A stretch of DNA of 64,000 bases from an uncultured Gemmatimonadales bacterium (GCA_963798085.1 CAWCRS010000007.1:1248001-1312000); one strand, 5' to 3'; shown: positions 41,075 to 50,375, numbered from the stretch's first letter. The notes: generated from the letters alone by a model not told the origin. Translations and numbers: made by a program.

Positions 41075-41614
41075 ATGGTGGTGTACACGATCGGCCATTC
41101 GACGCGTACTGCGGCGGAGTTCGTGGCGCTGCTGCGGGAGCATGGGATCCAGCGGCTGGTGGATGTGCGACGCTTTCCGGGGTCGCAGCGCTATCCGCAC
41201 TTCAATCGCGACGCGCTGGCCGGCCTGCTGGCGGACGCGGGCATCGCGTATCGGCACGCGGAGGAGCTGGGCGGGCGGCGTCAGGCGCACGCGGACTCGC
41301 CTAACACGGCGTGGCAGAACGCCGGATTCCGCGGCTACGCCGATTACATGGCGACGCCCGCGTTTGGCGCGGCCATTGCCTCGCTGCTGCGAGAAGCCGC
41401 GCAGGAACGCACGGCAGTCATGTGCGCGGAGGCCGTTCCCTGGCGCTGTCATCGAAATCTGCTGGCAGACGCGCTGCTGACGCAGAACTGCGCCGTCGCC
41501 CACATCCTGGGTCCTGCATTGTCCCAGAACCATGCGTTGAATCCCACGGCGAGAGTGCGTGGCGACGGTAGCCTCTGGTATCCGGACAATGGTGCGCAAC
41601 GCAACCTGCTGTGA
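41075..41614 (+). CDS. DUF488 domain protein
   Basis: YTIGHSTR, LVDVRRFPGS...PHF, ELGGRR, FRGYADYM, MCAEAVPWRCHR. Confidence 0.92.
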   Translation: MVVYTIGHSTRTAAEFVALLREHGIQRLVDVRRFPGSQRYPHFNRDALAGLLADAGIAYRHAEELGGRRQAHADSPNTAWQNAGFRGYADYMATPAFGAAIASLLREAAQERTAVMCAEAVPWRCHRNLLADALLTQNCAVAHILGPALSQNHALNPTARVRGDGSLWYPDNGAQRNLL

Positions 41615-41707
41615 CACGGCGGGCGTCACAGGAGATTTGGTGGGGCAACGGGCACGCGGCGCGGTTGAACCGGCTGTGCACTGCGGCGTACTAGGAGTGG
41701 CGAAGCG

Positions 41708-42628
41708 GTGCAGGGAACCTCGATTGGAACCAGTGCGGAGCACGGAGTGGACGCAGACACGGGCAACGGTGGTGGGCGGGGCGGGGAGCCGTCGGTCACA
41801 GCAGATGCGGCCCTGCGTCTGGAAACGCTGAAGCAGCTGCTCCGCGCTGCGGGATCGGTGTGCATCGGCTATTCGGGTGGCGTGGACTCTGCGTTCCTCG
41901 CGGCTGTCGCGGTGCAGACTCTGGGCGCAGCGCGCGTGCTCGCGGTCACCGGTCGCAGTGCGGCGTATCCGGACGTGCAGCGCGAGAGCGCGCTGGCGTG
42001 CGCGCGGCAGTTCGGCATTCCGCATCTCGAGATCGAAACAGACGAATTGAACGACCCGCACTACGCGGCCAACCCGACGGACCGGTGCTACTACTGCAAG
42101 ACGGAATTGTGGGGCCGGCTGTCGGTGATTGCACGCGAGCGCGGGCTGGCCGTGGTGATGGACGGCGCGAACGCGGATGATGCGGGCGACTACAGGCCGG
42201 GCGCGCGCGCGGCGAGGGAGCATGGTGTGCGCTCGCCACTGCTGGAGGCAGGGTTGTGCAAGAAGGACATCCGCGCACTGTCTCGTGAGATGGGTCTGCC
42301 GACGTGGGATCAGCCGGCATCGCCGTGCCTGTCCAGCCGTCTGCCGTATGGTGTTGCGGTCACGCCGGAGCGTTTGCGTCAGGTTGAAGAAGCGGAGAGC
42401 TTGCTGCGGCGGCGAGGCTTCCGCGAGTTCCGCGTGCGGCATCATGGCGATGCCGCGCGCATCGAGGTTGCGCCCACGGAGCTGCCACGGGCGTGGGCGC
42501 TGGCGGAGCAGCTGCACGCGGGGCTGCGCACGCTGGGCTTCACACGTGTAGTACTGGATGTGGAAGGCTATCGTCGCGGCGCCCTGAACGAGGCGCTGCC
42601 CCTGGTGCAGATCGGAAACGCATCATGA
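41708..42628 (+). CDS. larE: ATP-dependent sulfur transferase LarE (PP-loop), CxxC..C type
   Basis: YSGGVDS, RCYYCK, DG.NADD..DYRPG..AA.E.GV.SPL, PCLSSRLPYG, RVRHHG, GYR.G.LN. Confidence 0.93.
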   Translation: MQGTSIGTSAEHGVDADTGNGGGRGGEPSVTADAALRLETLKQLLRAAGSVCIGYSGGVDSAFLAAVAVQTLGAARVLAVTGRSAAYPDVQRESALACARQFGIPHLEIETDELNDPHYAANPTDRCYYCKTELWGRLSVIARERGLAVVMDGANADDAGDYRPGARAAREHGVRSPLLEAGLCKKDIRALSREMGLPTWDQPASPCLSSRLPYGVAVTPERLRQVEEAESLLRRRGFREFRVRHHGDAARIEVAPTELPRAWALAEQLHAGLRTLGFTRVVLDVEGYRRGALNEALPLVQIGNAS

Positions 42629-42852
42629 CTGAACGACGTATGGACGAGCGCACGCGCGCAGTGCAGGCGCTGCTGGCCCGCGAAGGCGTTGCCTGCGAGG
42701 GCGTGTCGGTGGCGGGCGCGAGCGGGGAAGTGGCCGTGATCCGTACGCGCGCTATCGACGCCGACCGGTTGGCCGCGCTGGCCCGCGGCATCAAGGCGCT
42801 GGGCTTCCACTACGTCACCGTCGACCTCGAGCCGATCCGTCCGCTGTCATGA
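42625..42852 (+). CDS. Small (75 aa) protein resembling the LarE C-terminal domain
   Basis: ATGA overlaps on both sides; G..GEVAVI..LA..IKALGFHYVTVDLE parallels LarE HHGDAARI..LRTLGFTRVVLDVE. Confidence 0.7.
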   Translation: MTERRMDERTRAVQALLAREGVACEGVSVAGASGEVAVIRTRAIDADRLAALARGIKALGFHYVTVDLEPIRPLS

Positions 42853-44060
42853 CACAAACCGACAAACTGACGTACCTGGACTGGGCGGCGACCTCCGCCA
42901 TCCGTCCGCCAGAGGTCATCCGCGCCGTAACGGATTACCTCGAGAACGTGGGTGCCACACCGGGTCGCGGCGGACACAGGCTGGCGATGGCAGCGGACCG
43001 CGTGGCGCTCGAGTGCCGGCAGGCGCTGGCCCGGCTGCTGGGTTTTCCCGGTGATTCCGGTCGCATTGCCTTCACCCTCAATGCCACACACGCAATCAAC
43101 ACCGCGCTGACCGGCACGCTGCAGGCCGGCAATGTGCTCGTGGTCACGGCCTTCGATCATAACGCGGTGTTGCGATGCGCCTGGAAGCTGGAGCAGGAGC
43201 GCGGCGTGCGGGTTCGCCTCGTTCCCGGACAACCCAATGGCCGGCTGGACGAAGTCGCACTGCAGCGTGCGCTCGAGGGGGCCCGTGTCTTCGCCATCAA
43301 TGGCGCGAACAACGTGCTGGGCACGGCGCTGGACGTGGAAGCACTGTGTCGACTGGCGAGGGAGGCGGGCGCGCTGAGCCTGGTGGATACGGCGCAGGTG
43401 GCTGGCGACCTGCCCTTCGATGCGGGACGCGCGCGCGCCGACATGGTGGCGGTGACGGGACACAAGGCGCTGCTGGGTCCGCAGGGCGTGGGTGCGTTGT
43501 GGGTCCGGGAAGGCATGGACGTGGCGCCGCTGCTGGTGGGCGGGACGGGCGGTAACTCAATGTTAAGGGAAATGCCCGGAGCCTGGCCCGATCATCTGCA
43601 GGCGGGCACGCTCAACGCGCCGGGCCTGGCCGGTCTGGCGGCCGGTGTTGGCTGGATCCTGTCGCGGTCACTGGCCACGCTGCAGCGGGACGCGGAAGCG
43701 CTGAAGCAACGCCTGCTCGATGGTCTCGGTCCAATGCAGGGCGTGCGCGTGCTGTCGCCGGCCTTGCCTGGCGGGGCGCCCATCGTGACGGTGGGACTGC
43801 AGGATCAGGATGCCGGCGCCGTGGCGGGCCGGCTGGACCGCGAATTCGGCGTGCTGGTGCGCGCGGGCCTGCATTGTGCACCGGAAACGCATTGGCTGCT
43901 GGGCACGGAGAAGACAGGCGCGTTGCGTTTCTCACTGGGCTGGGCGAGCACGATGTCCGATGTGGAGCGTGCGCTGGAAGCCATGGACGCGCTTACGGCC
44001 AGACGCGTGTTCGGAGCGGGCGGTGCGCGTGTAGCGGCAGCCGGAAGCGCGGGCGCGTGA
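42849..44060 (+). CDS. Class V PLP aminotransferase / cysteine desulfurase-like protein
   Basis: YLDWAATS, TPGRGGH, LVDTAQ, TGHKALLGPQG, RAGLHCAP (catalytic Cys). Confidence 0.9.
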   Translation: MTQTDKLTYLDWAATSAIRPPEVIRAVTDYLENVGATPGRGGHRLAMAADRVALECRQALARLLGFPGDSGRIAFTLNATHAINTALTGTLQAGNVLVVTAFDHNAVLRCAWKLEQERGVRVRLVPGQPNGRLDEVALQRALEGARVFAINGANNVLGTALDVEALCRLAREAGALSLVDTAQVAGDLPFDAGRARADMVAVTGHKALLGPQGVGALWVREGMDVAPLLVGGTGGNSMLREMPGAWPDHLQAGTLNAPGLAGLAAGVGWILSRSLATLQRDAEALKQRLLDGLGPMQGVRVLSPALPGGAPIVTVGLQDQDAGAVAGRLDREFGVLVRAGLHCAPETHWLLGTEKTGALRFSLGWASTMSDVERALEAMDALTARRVFGAGGARVAAAGSAGA

Positions 44061-44665
44061 GGCTCTTCGTCGCCTTGAATCTGCCCGAGGAAGAGCGGCA
44101 CAAGCTGCATCGCGCCACGGGTCTGCTGCGTGCGGCCGGGCTGCCGGTACGGTGGGTGGCGGAAGATGCGTTGCACCTGACGCTGCAGTTCCTGGGCGAT
44201 GTGCACGAGGCGCAACTGGAAGACATCAGTGAGGCACTCGAGTCGGTGAGCGAGCGTCATCAAGCGCTGACGCTCGAACTGCGCGGGATCGGCGGCTTTC
44301 CCAATCTGCGGCGGCCGCGGGTTCTGTGGGTGGGCATCGAGGCTCAACCGGAAGTGCTGGCCGTCCAGCGCGACGTGTCGGAGGCGCTGCTGGCGCTGCG
44401 CTTCACGCCGGAGTCGAGGCCCTACGCACCGCACCTGACCATCGGGCGCGTGCAGGAAGGCGCCCGCGCGGCTGCGTTTGCTGGGCTCGATGCGCTGGCA
44501 GGGCGGCTCGGTTATCACGCGAGCGTGGCGGTCCCGTCCGTGGATCTCATGCGCAGTCACTTGCAGCGCAGCGGCGCACGATACGAACGGCTGCTGGCCG
44601 CGACGCTCGGTCACCGCCAGCGCAGAGTTCGGCAATCAACCCGCAGTGAGGCAGGACATTCATGA
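44057..44665 (+). CDS. thpR: RNA 2',3'-cyclic phosphodiesterase (2H phosphoesterase)
   Basis: RLFVAL, two HxT motifs (LHLTLQFLG, PHLTIGR), PRVLWVG. Confidence 0.93.
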   Translation: MRLFVALNLPEEERHKLHRATGLLRAAGLPVRWVAEDALHLTLQFLGDVHEAQLEDISEALESVSERHQALTLELRGIGGFPNLRRPRVLWVGIEAQPEVLAVQRDVSEALLALRFTPESRPYAPHLTIGRVQEGARAAAFAGLDALAGRLGYHASVAVPSVDLMRSHLQRSGARYERLLAATLGHRQRRVRQSTRSEAGHS

Positions 44666-45342
44666 TGCGACGCTTGTTTCTGCTCGTGATCGTGCTCGTT
44701 GCGCTGGGCGCGGCGTGGATCTTCCAGGATGATCTGATGGCGATGCGTGACCGCGTGCGCGCGCGTGTGCTGCACAGCGAGGTCGGCGGCGGGCTGGCAA
44801 CACCCGCCGCGATGCAGGTGCCGGCAATCACCGAAGCGGTGGCGGACGCGGCGCAGAAGAAGCTGGACCGCATGCAGCACGGGCAGTCGTCGCGCGCATC
44901 CTTCACGACACCGGAGCTGCAGAGTCTGCTGCAGTTCCGCTACCGCCAGCTGCTGCCTGCCTACATTGATTCGCCACGTGTGAAGCTGAGCGGCGACCAG
45001 GTCGAGCTGCGCATGCGCGTGCCGACGCAGCGGCTGCCGCAGGTGCAGGAGTTGCAGCAGCTGGCGGCGTTCCTGCCGGACACGGCGGACCTCAACGTGA
45101 CAGGCGCCGTGCTGCCATCCGATGAGGGCCACATCGCGTTCGCAGTGAACGGCGTGAGTGCGCAGCACATCCCGCTGCCCAAACGCTTCGTACCGGCGGC
45201 GCTCGAGATGCTGGGCCGCGAAGACAAGCCGGGTCTCCCCGCGGATGCCATCGTGCTGCCGCTTCCCAGGGGTGTTCGCTCCGCGTACGTTCGCGCCGAT
45301 TCACTGGTCCTGCTCGGTGGCAAGGCGCCCGCGCGCGAATGA
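44662..45342 (+). CDS. Hypothetical membrane-anchored protein
   Basis: N-terminal TM LFLLVIVLVALGAAWIF; ATGA-coupled to thpR. Confidence 0.7.
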   Translation: MMRRLFLLVIVLVALGAAWIFQDDLMAMRDRVRARVLHSEVGGGLATPAAMQVPAITEAVADAAQKKLDRMQHGQSSRASFTTPELQSLLQFRYRQLLPAYIDSPRVKLSGDQVELRMRVPTQRLPQVQELQQLAAFLPDTADLNVTGAVLPSDEGHIAFAVNGVSAQHIPLPKRFVPAALEMLGREDKPGLPADAIVLPLPRGVRSAYVRADSLVLLGGKAPARE

Positions 45343-45352
45343 ACTGAAATCC

Positions 45353-46720
45353 ATGCCCAGAATTCTGGTCGTCGACGACGAAGAAGGCATCCGCCGAGTA
45401 CTGCGGCAGGTGCTCGAATACGAAGGTCACGAGGTCGTCATGGCCGCGGGCGGTGGTGAAGCGCTGATCGCGTTCCAGCAGGACCCACCCGACCTGACCC
45501 TGCTCGATGTGAAGATGGCCAGGATGGACGGCCTCGAGGCGCTGGGTCAGATGCGCGCCATGGATCCGGCCGCGGTCGTCATCATGATCAGCGGTCACGG
45601 CACGATCGAGACGGCGGTGGAAGCGACGCGGCGCGGCGCCTACGACTTTCTCGAGAAGCCGCTGGACACGGACCGGCTGCTCGTCTCCATCCGCAATGCG
45701 TTGAAGCACCGCGGTCTCGAACAGGAGAACGCCCGCCTGCGCGGCGAGATCGAGACGCACTACGAGATCGTGGGCAACAGTTTCGCGATCCGCGCGCTGC
45801 TGGAGCGCATCGAAAAAGTCGCGCCCACCGATGCACGTGTGCTGATCCAGGGCGAGAACGGCACGGGCAAGGAGCTGGTGGCGAGGGCGATCCACAGGCT
45901 GTCCGCGCGTTCCGAGAAGGGGCCGTTCGTCGAAGTCAATTGCGCGGCCATTCCTTCGGAACTCATCGAAAGTGAGCTGTTCGGACACCGGAAAGGCAGT
46001 TTCACGGGCGCGCACGAAGATCGCGCGGGCAAGTTCGAGCAGGCGCACAGCGGCACCCTTTTCCTCGATGAAGTCGGCGACATGAGTCTGTCGGCGCAGG
46101 CCAAGGTGCTGCGCGCGCTGCAGGATGGCTCCATCACGCGCGTGGGTGGAGAGAAGTCCGTGAAGGTGGACGTGCGCGTGATTGCCGCGACCAACAAGAA
46201 TCTCGAGGCCGAGATCGGGCACGCACGCTTCCGCGAGGACCTGTACTTCCGGCTGAACGTCGTGCCCATCATGGTGCCGCCGCTGCGCGAGCGGCGCGAA
46301 GACATACCCATGCTGGTGCGCCATTTCGTCCGGCTCGCGGCGGAAGAGCAGAAGCTGCCGCAGCGCGAGCTGACGGGTGACGCCATCGACCGGCTCGTGC
46401 GCCTGGAATGGCCGGGCAACGTGCGCGAGCTGCGCAACACCGTGGAGCGCCTGCTCATCCTGGGGCGAGGCGAGCGTATCGATGCGAGCGATGTGGGCCG
46501 GCTCGTGGGCGGCGCGCCCAGCGCGGGTGCCGTGCCGGCCGACATTCTGAGCGCGGACACGTTCGCCGTGTTCAAGGAGCACGCCGAGCGCGCGTACATC
46601 CTGACGAAGCTGCGTGAGCACGACTGGAACGTGAGCGAGACGGCGCGCGCCATCGAGATGCCGCGCTCGAACCTCTACAAGAAGATCGAGAAGTACAACC
46701 TCATCCGCGAAGAGGCGTAG
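45353..46720 (+). CDS. Sigma54-dependent response regulator (NtrX/NtrC-like: REC-AAA-HTH)
   Basis: ILVVDDE, LLDVKM, ISGHG, GENGTGKE, ESELFGH.KGSFTGA, LFLDEVGD, WPGNVREL, Fis-type HTH. Confidence 0.95.
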   Translation: MPRILVVDDEEGIRRVLRQVLEYEGHEVVMAAGGGEALIAFQQDPPDLTLLDVKMARMDGLEALGQMRAMDPAAVVIMISGHGTIETAVEATRRGAYDFLEKPLDTDRLLVSIRNALKHRGLEQENARLRGEIETHYEIVGNSFAIRALLERIEKVAPTDARVLIQGENGTGKELVARAIHRLSARSEKGPFVEVNCAAIPSELIESELFGHRKGSFTGAHEDRAGKFEQAHSGTLFLDEVGDMSLSAQAKVLRALQDGSITRVGGEKSVKVDVRVIAATNKNLEAEIGHARFREDLYFRLNVVPIMVPPLRERREDIPMLVRHFVRLAAEEQKLPQRELTGDAIDRLVRLEWPGNVRELRNTVERLLILGRGERIDASDVGRLVGGAPSAGAVPADILSADTFAVFKEHAERAYILTKLREHDWNVSETARAIEMPRSNLYKKIEKYNLIREEA

Positions 46721-46737
46721 CGCGTGAAGCACAGGTC

Positions 46738-48231
46738 ATGACACGGAACTGGCACAACCTGATCGGGGGCCAGTGGGTCCCGCCTGCAGGCGGCGAGTAT
46801 TTCGAGAACCGCAATCCTGCGGATGATCGCGACCTCATCGGCCTGTGGCCTCGCAGCACCTCGCCCGACGCAGACCTCGCCGTGGCGTCTGCGAGACGTG
46901 GCTTCGACATTTGGAAGCGCACACCGCCGCCGCTGCGCGGCGATGTGCTGCGCCGCACGGGAGACCTGCTGGCCGCACGCAAGGAAGAAATCGCGCTCGC
47001 GATGACGCGCGAGATGGGGAAAGTGCCGGCCGAGACGCGCGGCGATGTGCAGGAAGGTATCGACACGGCGTACTACGCGGCTTCGGAGACGCGGCGTCTG
47101 TTCGGCCACACGGTGCCCAGCGAGCTGCGCGAGAAGTGGGCCATGAGCTGGCGCCGGCCCATCGGCGTGTGCGGCCTGATCACGCCGTTCAACTTCCCGA
47201 TGGCCATTCCCACATGGAAGATGTTCCCGGCACTGGCCTGCGGGAACGCAGTGATTCTGAAACCGGCGGAAGATGTGCCGCACACGGCGACGCTGCTGGT
47301 CGAGATCCTGCTCGAGGCAGGGCTGCCGCCGGAAGTCATCCAGCTCGTACACGGTCGCGGTGAAGAGGTCGGGGAGGCCATCGTCGCACACCCCGGTATT
47401 CCAGTCATCTCGTTCACCGGCTCCACGGCGACGGGTGCGCACATTGGCGAGACCTGCGGGCGCATGCACAAGCGCCTGTCACTGGAAATGGGCGGCAAGA
47501 ACGCGCAGATCGTCATGGCCGATGCGGATCTCGACCTGGCACTCGACGGCGTGCTCTGGGGCGCGTTCGGCACGACCGGCCAGCGCTGCACCGCCACGAG
47601 CCGGCTGCTGCTGCAGGACGCCATTCACGACGAATTCCTGGAACAGCTGGTCGCGCGCGCTGGCTCGCTGCGTCTGGGCAATGGACTGGATCAGGGCACC
47701 GATGTGGGACCGCTCATCAATCAGGACGCGCTGGCCAGGGTCACAGCCTATATCAACGTTGCGAGGCAGGAAAGCGACGATGTGATGTGCGGTGGCCGTC
47801 GCGCCGCCGGCGCAGCGCTGGAGCACGGCTGGTTTTTCGAGCCGACCGTGCTGCGTGGTGTCCGACCCGGCAGCCGGCTGGCGTGTGAGGAAGTATTCGG
47901 ACCGGTGCTCAGCGTCTTGCGATTTGCAACGCTGGACGAGGCTGTGCGCATCAACAACGAGGTGGAGTACGGACTGTCCAGTTCGATCTACACGCGGGAC
48001 GTGCGGGCGGCGTTCGTCGCCTTCCAGGAGCTGGACAACGGCATCACATACGTGAATGCGCCCACGATCGGCGCGGAGGCACACCTGCCGTTCGGGGGCG
48101 TGAAGCGCACGGGCAATGGCCATCGCGAAGGCGGCTGGGAGGTCTACCACTTCTACAGCGAAACGAAGGTGGGCTACGCAGACTACTCCGGTCGACTGCA
48201 GCGAGCCCAGATTGACACGTATGAGGTTTGA
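46738..48231 (+). CDS. Aldehyde dehydrogenase family protein
   Basis: ITPFNFP, LKPAE, FTGST, LEMGGKN, GQRCT, EEVFGP, PFGG. Confidence 0.95.
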   Translation: MTRNWHNLIGGQWVPPAGGEYFENRNPADDRDLIGLWPRSTSPDADLAVASARRGFDIWKRTPPPLRGDVLRRTGDLLAARKEEIALAMTREMGKVPAETRGDVQEGIDTAYYAASETRRLFGHTVPSELREKWAMSWRRPIGVCGLITPFNFPMAIPTWKMFPALACGNAVILKPAEDVPHTATLLVEILLEAGLPPEVIQLVHGRGEEVGEAIVAHPGIPVISFTGSTATGAHIGETCGRMHKRLSLEMGGKNAQIVMADADLDLALDGVLWGAFGTTGQRCTATSRLLLQDAIHDEFLEQLVARAGSLRLGNGLDQGTDVGPLINQDALARVTAYINVARQESDDVMCGGRRAAGAALEHGWFFEPTVLRGVRPGSRLACEEVFGPVLSVLRFATLDEAVRINNEVEYGLSSSIYTRDVRAAFVAFQELDNGITYVNAPTIGAEAHLPFGGVKRTGNGHREGGWEVYHFYSETKVGYADYSGRLQRAQIDTYEV

Positions 48232-48607
48232 ACGCGGGCACTGGCGCGCTGCGTGTGCCTTCGCTAGCATGGGCGGTCCCTGTGGAACGCGACGCGAGCC
48301 AACGACCTGTTTCAGTTCCCGCTGAATCGCACGTTCCTGATGGAGGCCTTCAGGATTCCTTCCAGCAGCATGGGAACACACTGTTCAACGGCGAGTTCGC
48401 TCTGACCGACAAGGCAAGCCATGGCGGCGTGTGCCATGCACACGCCTGCACACGGCGCCGCGGGCACGGGCACACTGCAACATTGTCTGCGCTTCGCCGG
48501 CGCACGCGCGATCGTGTTGATGATGCTGCAGGCAACGGGTGGGGCTGCGAGTGAAATGCTGATCCATCGTGAACTGGCAGGTTGACGTCGTGTCACCGGA
48601 GCGTCGT

Positions 48608-49471
48608 ATGCGATTCACGACGAGAGAGAAGGGCTCGTTCGAAGAGAGCTCTCTCGATCAGTACCTGAAGGAGATCAGCGCCTATCCGCTGCTTTCCCGC
48701 GAACAGGAAATCGAACTCGCCGGCAGCATCAGAAACGGCGATGAGGGTTCGCTCGACAAGCTGGTGCGGTCCAACCTGCGGTTCGTCGTGTCGGTCGCAA
48801 AGAAGTACCAGAACCAGGGCGTGGCGCTGGGCGATCTGATCAACGAAGGCAACCTCGGCCTCATCCGCGCCGCGCACAAGTTCGACGAGACGAAGGGCAT
48901 CAAGTTCATTTCGTACGCGGTGTGGTGGATCCGGCAGGCCATCCTCCAGGCACTGGCGGAACAGAGCCGCATCGTGCGCGTGCCACTCAACCGCGCAGGC
49001 GCGCTGCACCGCATTGGCAAGCGCTGATCCACACTGCTCCAGGAGCTGGGCCGCGAGCCCACCATTGAAGAGATCGCGGACGAGCTGGAGCTGTCACACG
49101 AGGAAGTGCAGCGCACGCTCGCCATCTCCGCAGTCACACCTTTCGCTCGATGCACCGCTCTCGCCAGGCGAGGATAACCGGCTGCTCGATTATCTGGCGG
49201 ACCAGGTTTCCGCGGGCCCCGATGACGAGACCTACGACCGGGCGCTCTCCAACACCATCCAGGAAGCGCTTGCCACGCTCAAGGAGCGGGAAGCGAAGGT
49301 GCTCCGGCTGTACTACGGCCTGAAGAGGGCAAGGACGCGATGACGCTCGAGGAGATCGGGGCGCTGCTGGGCATCACACGCGAGCGGGTGCGTCAGATCA
49401 AGGAGAAGGCTCTGGTGCGGCTGCGTCACGCGTCGCGCGCGCGGTTTCTGGAGAGCTTCGTCGGGCAGTAG
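48608..49471 (+). CDS. Short RpoD/SigA-family sigma70 factor lacking region 1.1; in-frame TGA at 49025-49027 and two frameshifts (near 49130 and 49322)
   Basis: [48 protein letters not shown], then [21 protein letters not shown] after correction. Confidence 0.88.
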
Positions 49472-49479
49472 GAGTCGGG

Positions 49480-49720
49480 CCGGACCGTCTTGGCGTTCTT
49501 GGGTTATGGCCCTTCCAGCCATTGGAAACTGACGGACTGCCGAGCAGCAACGTCCTCCTGCCGCTATAGGCCTCCCATTCTACATGCCCAATCGGGGCAG
49601 AACGATGGCCATCTCGGCCAACCGGAAGCGAGGATCGCGGCTCCTGGTGCGCACTTGCTGCTCGGTTGTGCCCCATGGATAGCCCTTACGGGCAAACCCA
49701 AGAACGCCAAGACGGTCCGG
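49480..49720. other. 241-bp non-coding element with perfect 26-bp terminal inverted repeats (candidate structured ncRNA or MITE)
   Basis: ccggaccgtcttggcgttcttgggtt (49480-49505) / aacccaagaacgccaagacggtccgg (49695-49720); internal 11-bp helix 49540-49550/49655-49665 and four small hairpins. Confidence 0.75.
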
Positions 49721-49749
49721 AGGGTCCCCACCCGCCCGGCCTGCCCGGA

Positions 49750-49778
49750 TTGACAGAGGCCCGCGCGAGCCCTACTCT
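49750..49778 (+). promoter_or_regulatory. sigma70 promoter of rplM-rpsI
   Basis: TTGACA-17 nt-TACTCT. Confidence 0.75.
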
Positions 49779-49819
49779 TAACAGCTATTCCGCTTGGGAA
49801 CGGCGTAATCGGAAGGCGT

Positions 49820-50251
49820 ATGAAGACCTACACACCCAAGGCCGGTGAAGTGCAGCGCCGCTGGTGGATCGTGGATGCGGACGGGGTGATCCTCGGTCGG
49901 CTGGCCACGCGTGTGGCCAGCGTGCTGCGCGGCAAGCACCGTCCGGAGTTCACGCCTCACCTCGATACCGGCGACTTCGTGGTCGTGGTGAACGCGGACA
50001 AGGTGCGGCTGACAGGACGGAAGGCGACGGACAAGAAGTACTTCCGCCATAGCGGGTACATGGGTGGCGAGAGCTTCACACCCATCACGCTGATGCAGGA
50101 GAAGCACCCCGAGCGCGTGATCGAGCTGGCGGTGAAGGGGATGCTGCCCAAGAACAACCTGGGCCGGTTGATGCGGAAGAAGCTGAAGGTGTACGCGGGG
50201 CCGGAGCATCCGCACACGGCACAGCAGCCGCAGTCGCTGGAAATCGCCTGA
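49820..50251 (+). CDS. rplM: 50S ribosomal protein L13
   Basis: W.IVDA.G..LGRLA, RGKH.P.FTPH.DTGD, KGMLPK, LKVY.G.EHPH.AQ. Confidence 0.98.
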   Translation: MKTYTPKAGEVQRRWWIVDADGVILGRLATRVASVLRGKHRPEFTPHLDTGDFVVVVNADKVRLTGRKATDKKYFRHSGYMGGESFTPITLMQEKHPERVIELAVKGMLPKNNLGRLMRKKLKVYAGPEHPHTAQQPQSLEIA

Positions 50252-50375
50252 TCGAATCGTATCGCCACCGCAATGGCGGTCCGCGGCAGATGGAAGATCG
50301 CGGGCTGGAGCCGGCGGTGTCGGCGCAGCAGGTCTCGTTCGATCCGGGCAACCCCGCAACCTGTTCTGAGATGCC

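Noticed and set aside
49025..49027. Selenocysteine or alternative-code readthrough of TGA in the sigma gene
   Set aside because: TGA is used as a normal stop throughout the window, the position is not a catalytic Cys, and neighbouring indels indicate poor local sequence quality
49560..49645. HDV-like ribozyme on the minus strand (CCTCGC...GAATGGGA), or retron msr-msd
   Set aside because: P1/P2 pairings cannot be formed, and there is no reverse transcriptase in the window
49689..49725. c-di-GMP-I riboswitch (GGGCAAACC...ACGC.AAG)
   Set aside because: Lacks the GNRA-capped P2 hairpin and P3 receptor; the sequence is explained as the right arm of the inverted repeat
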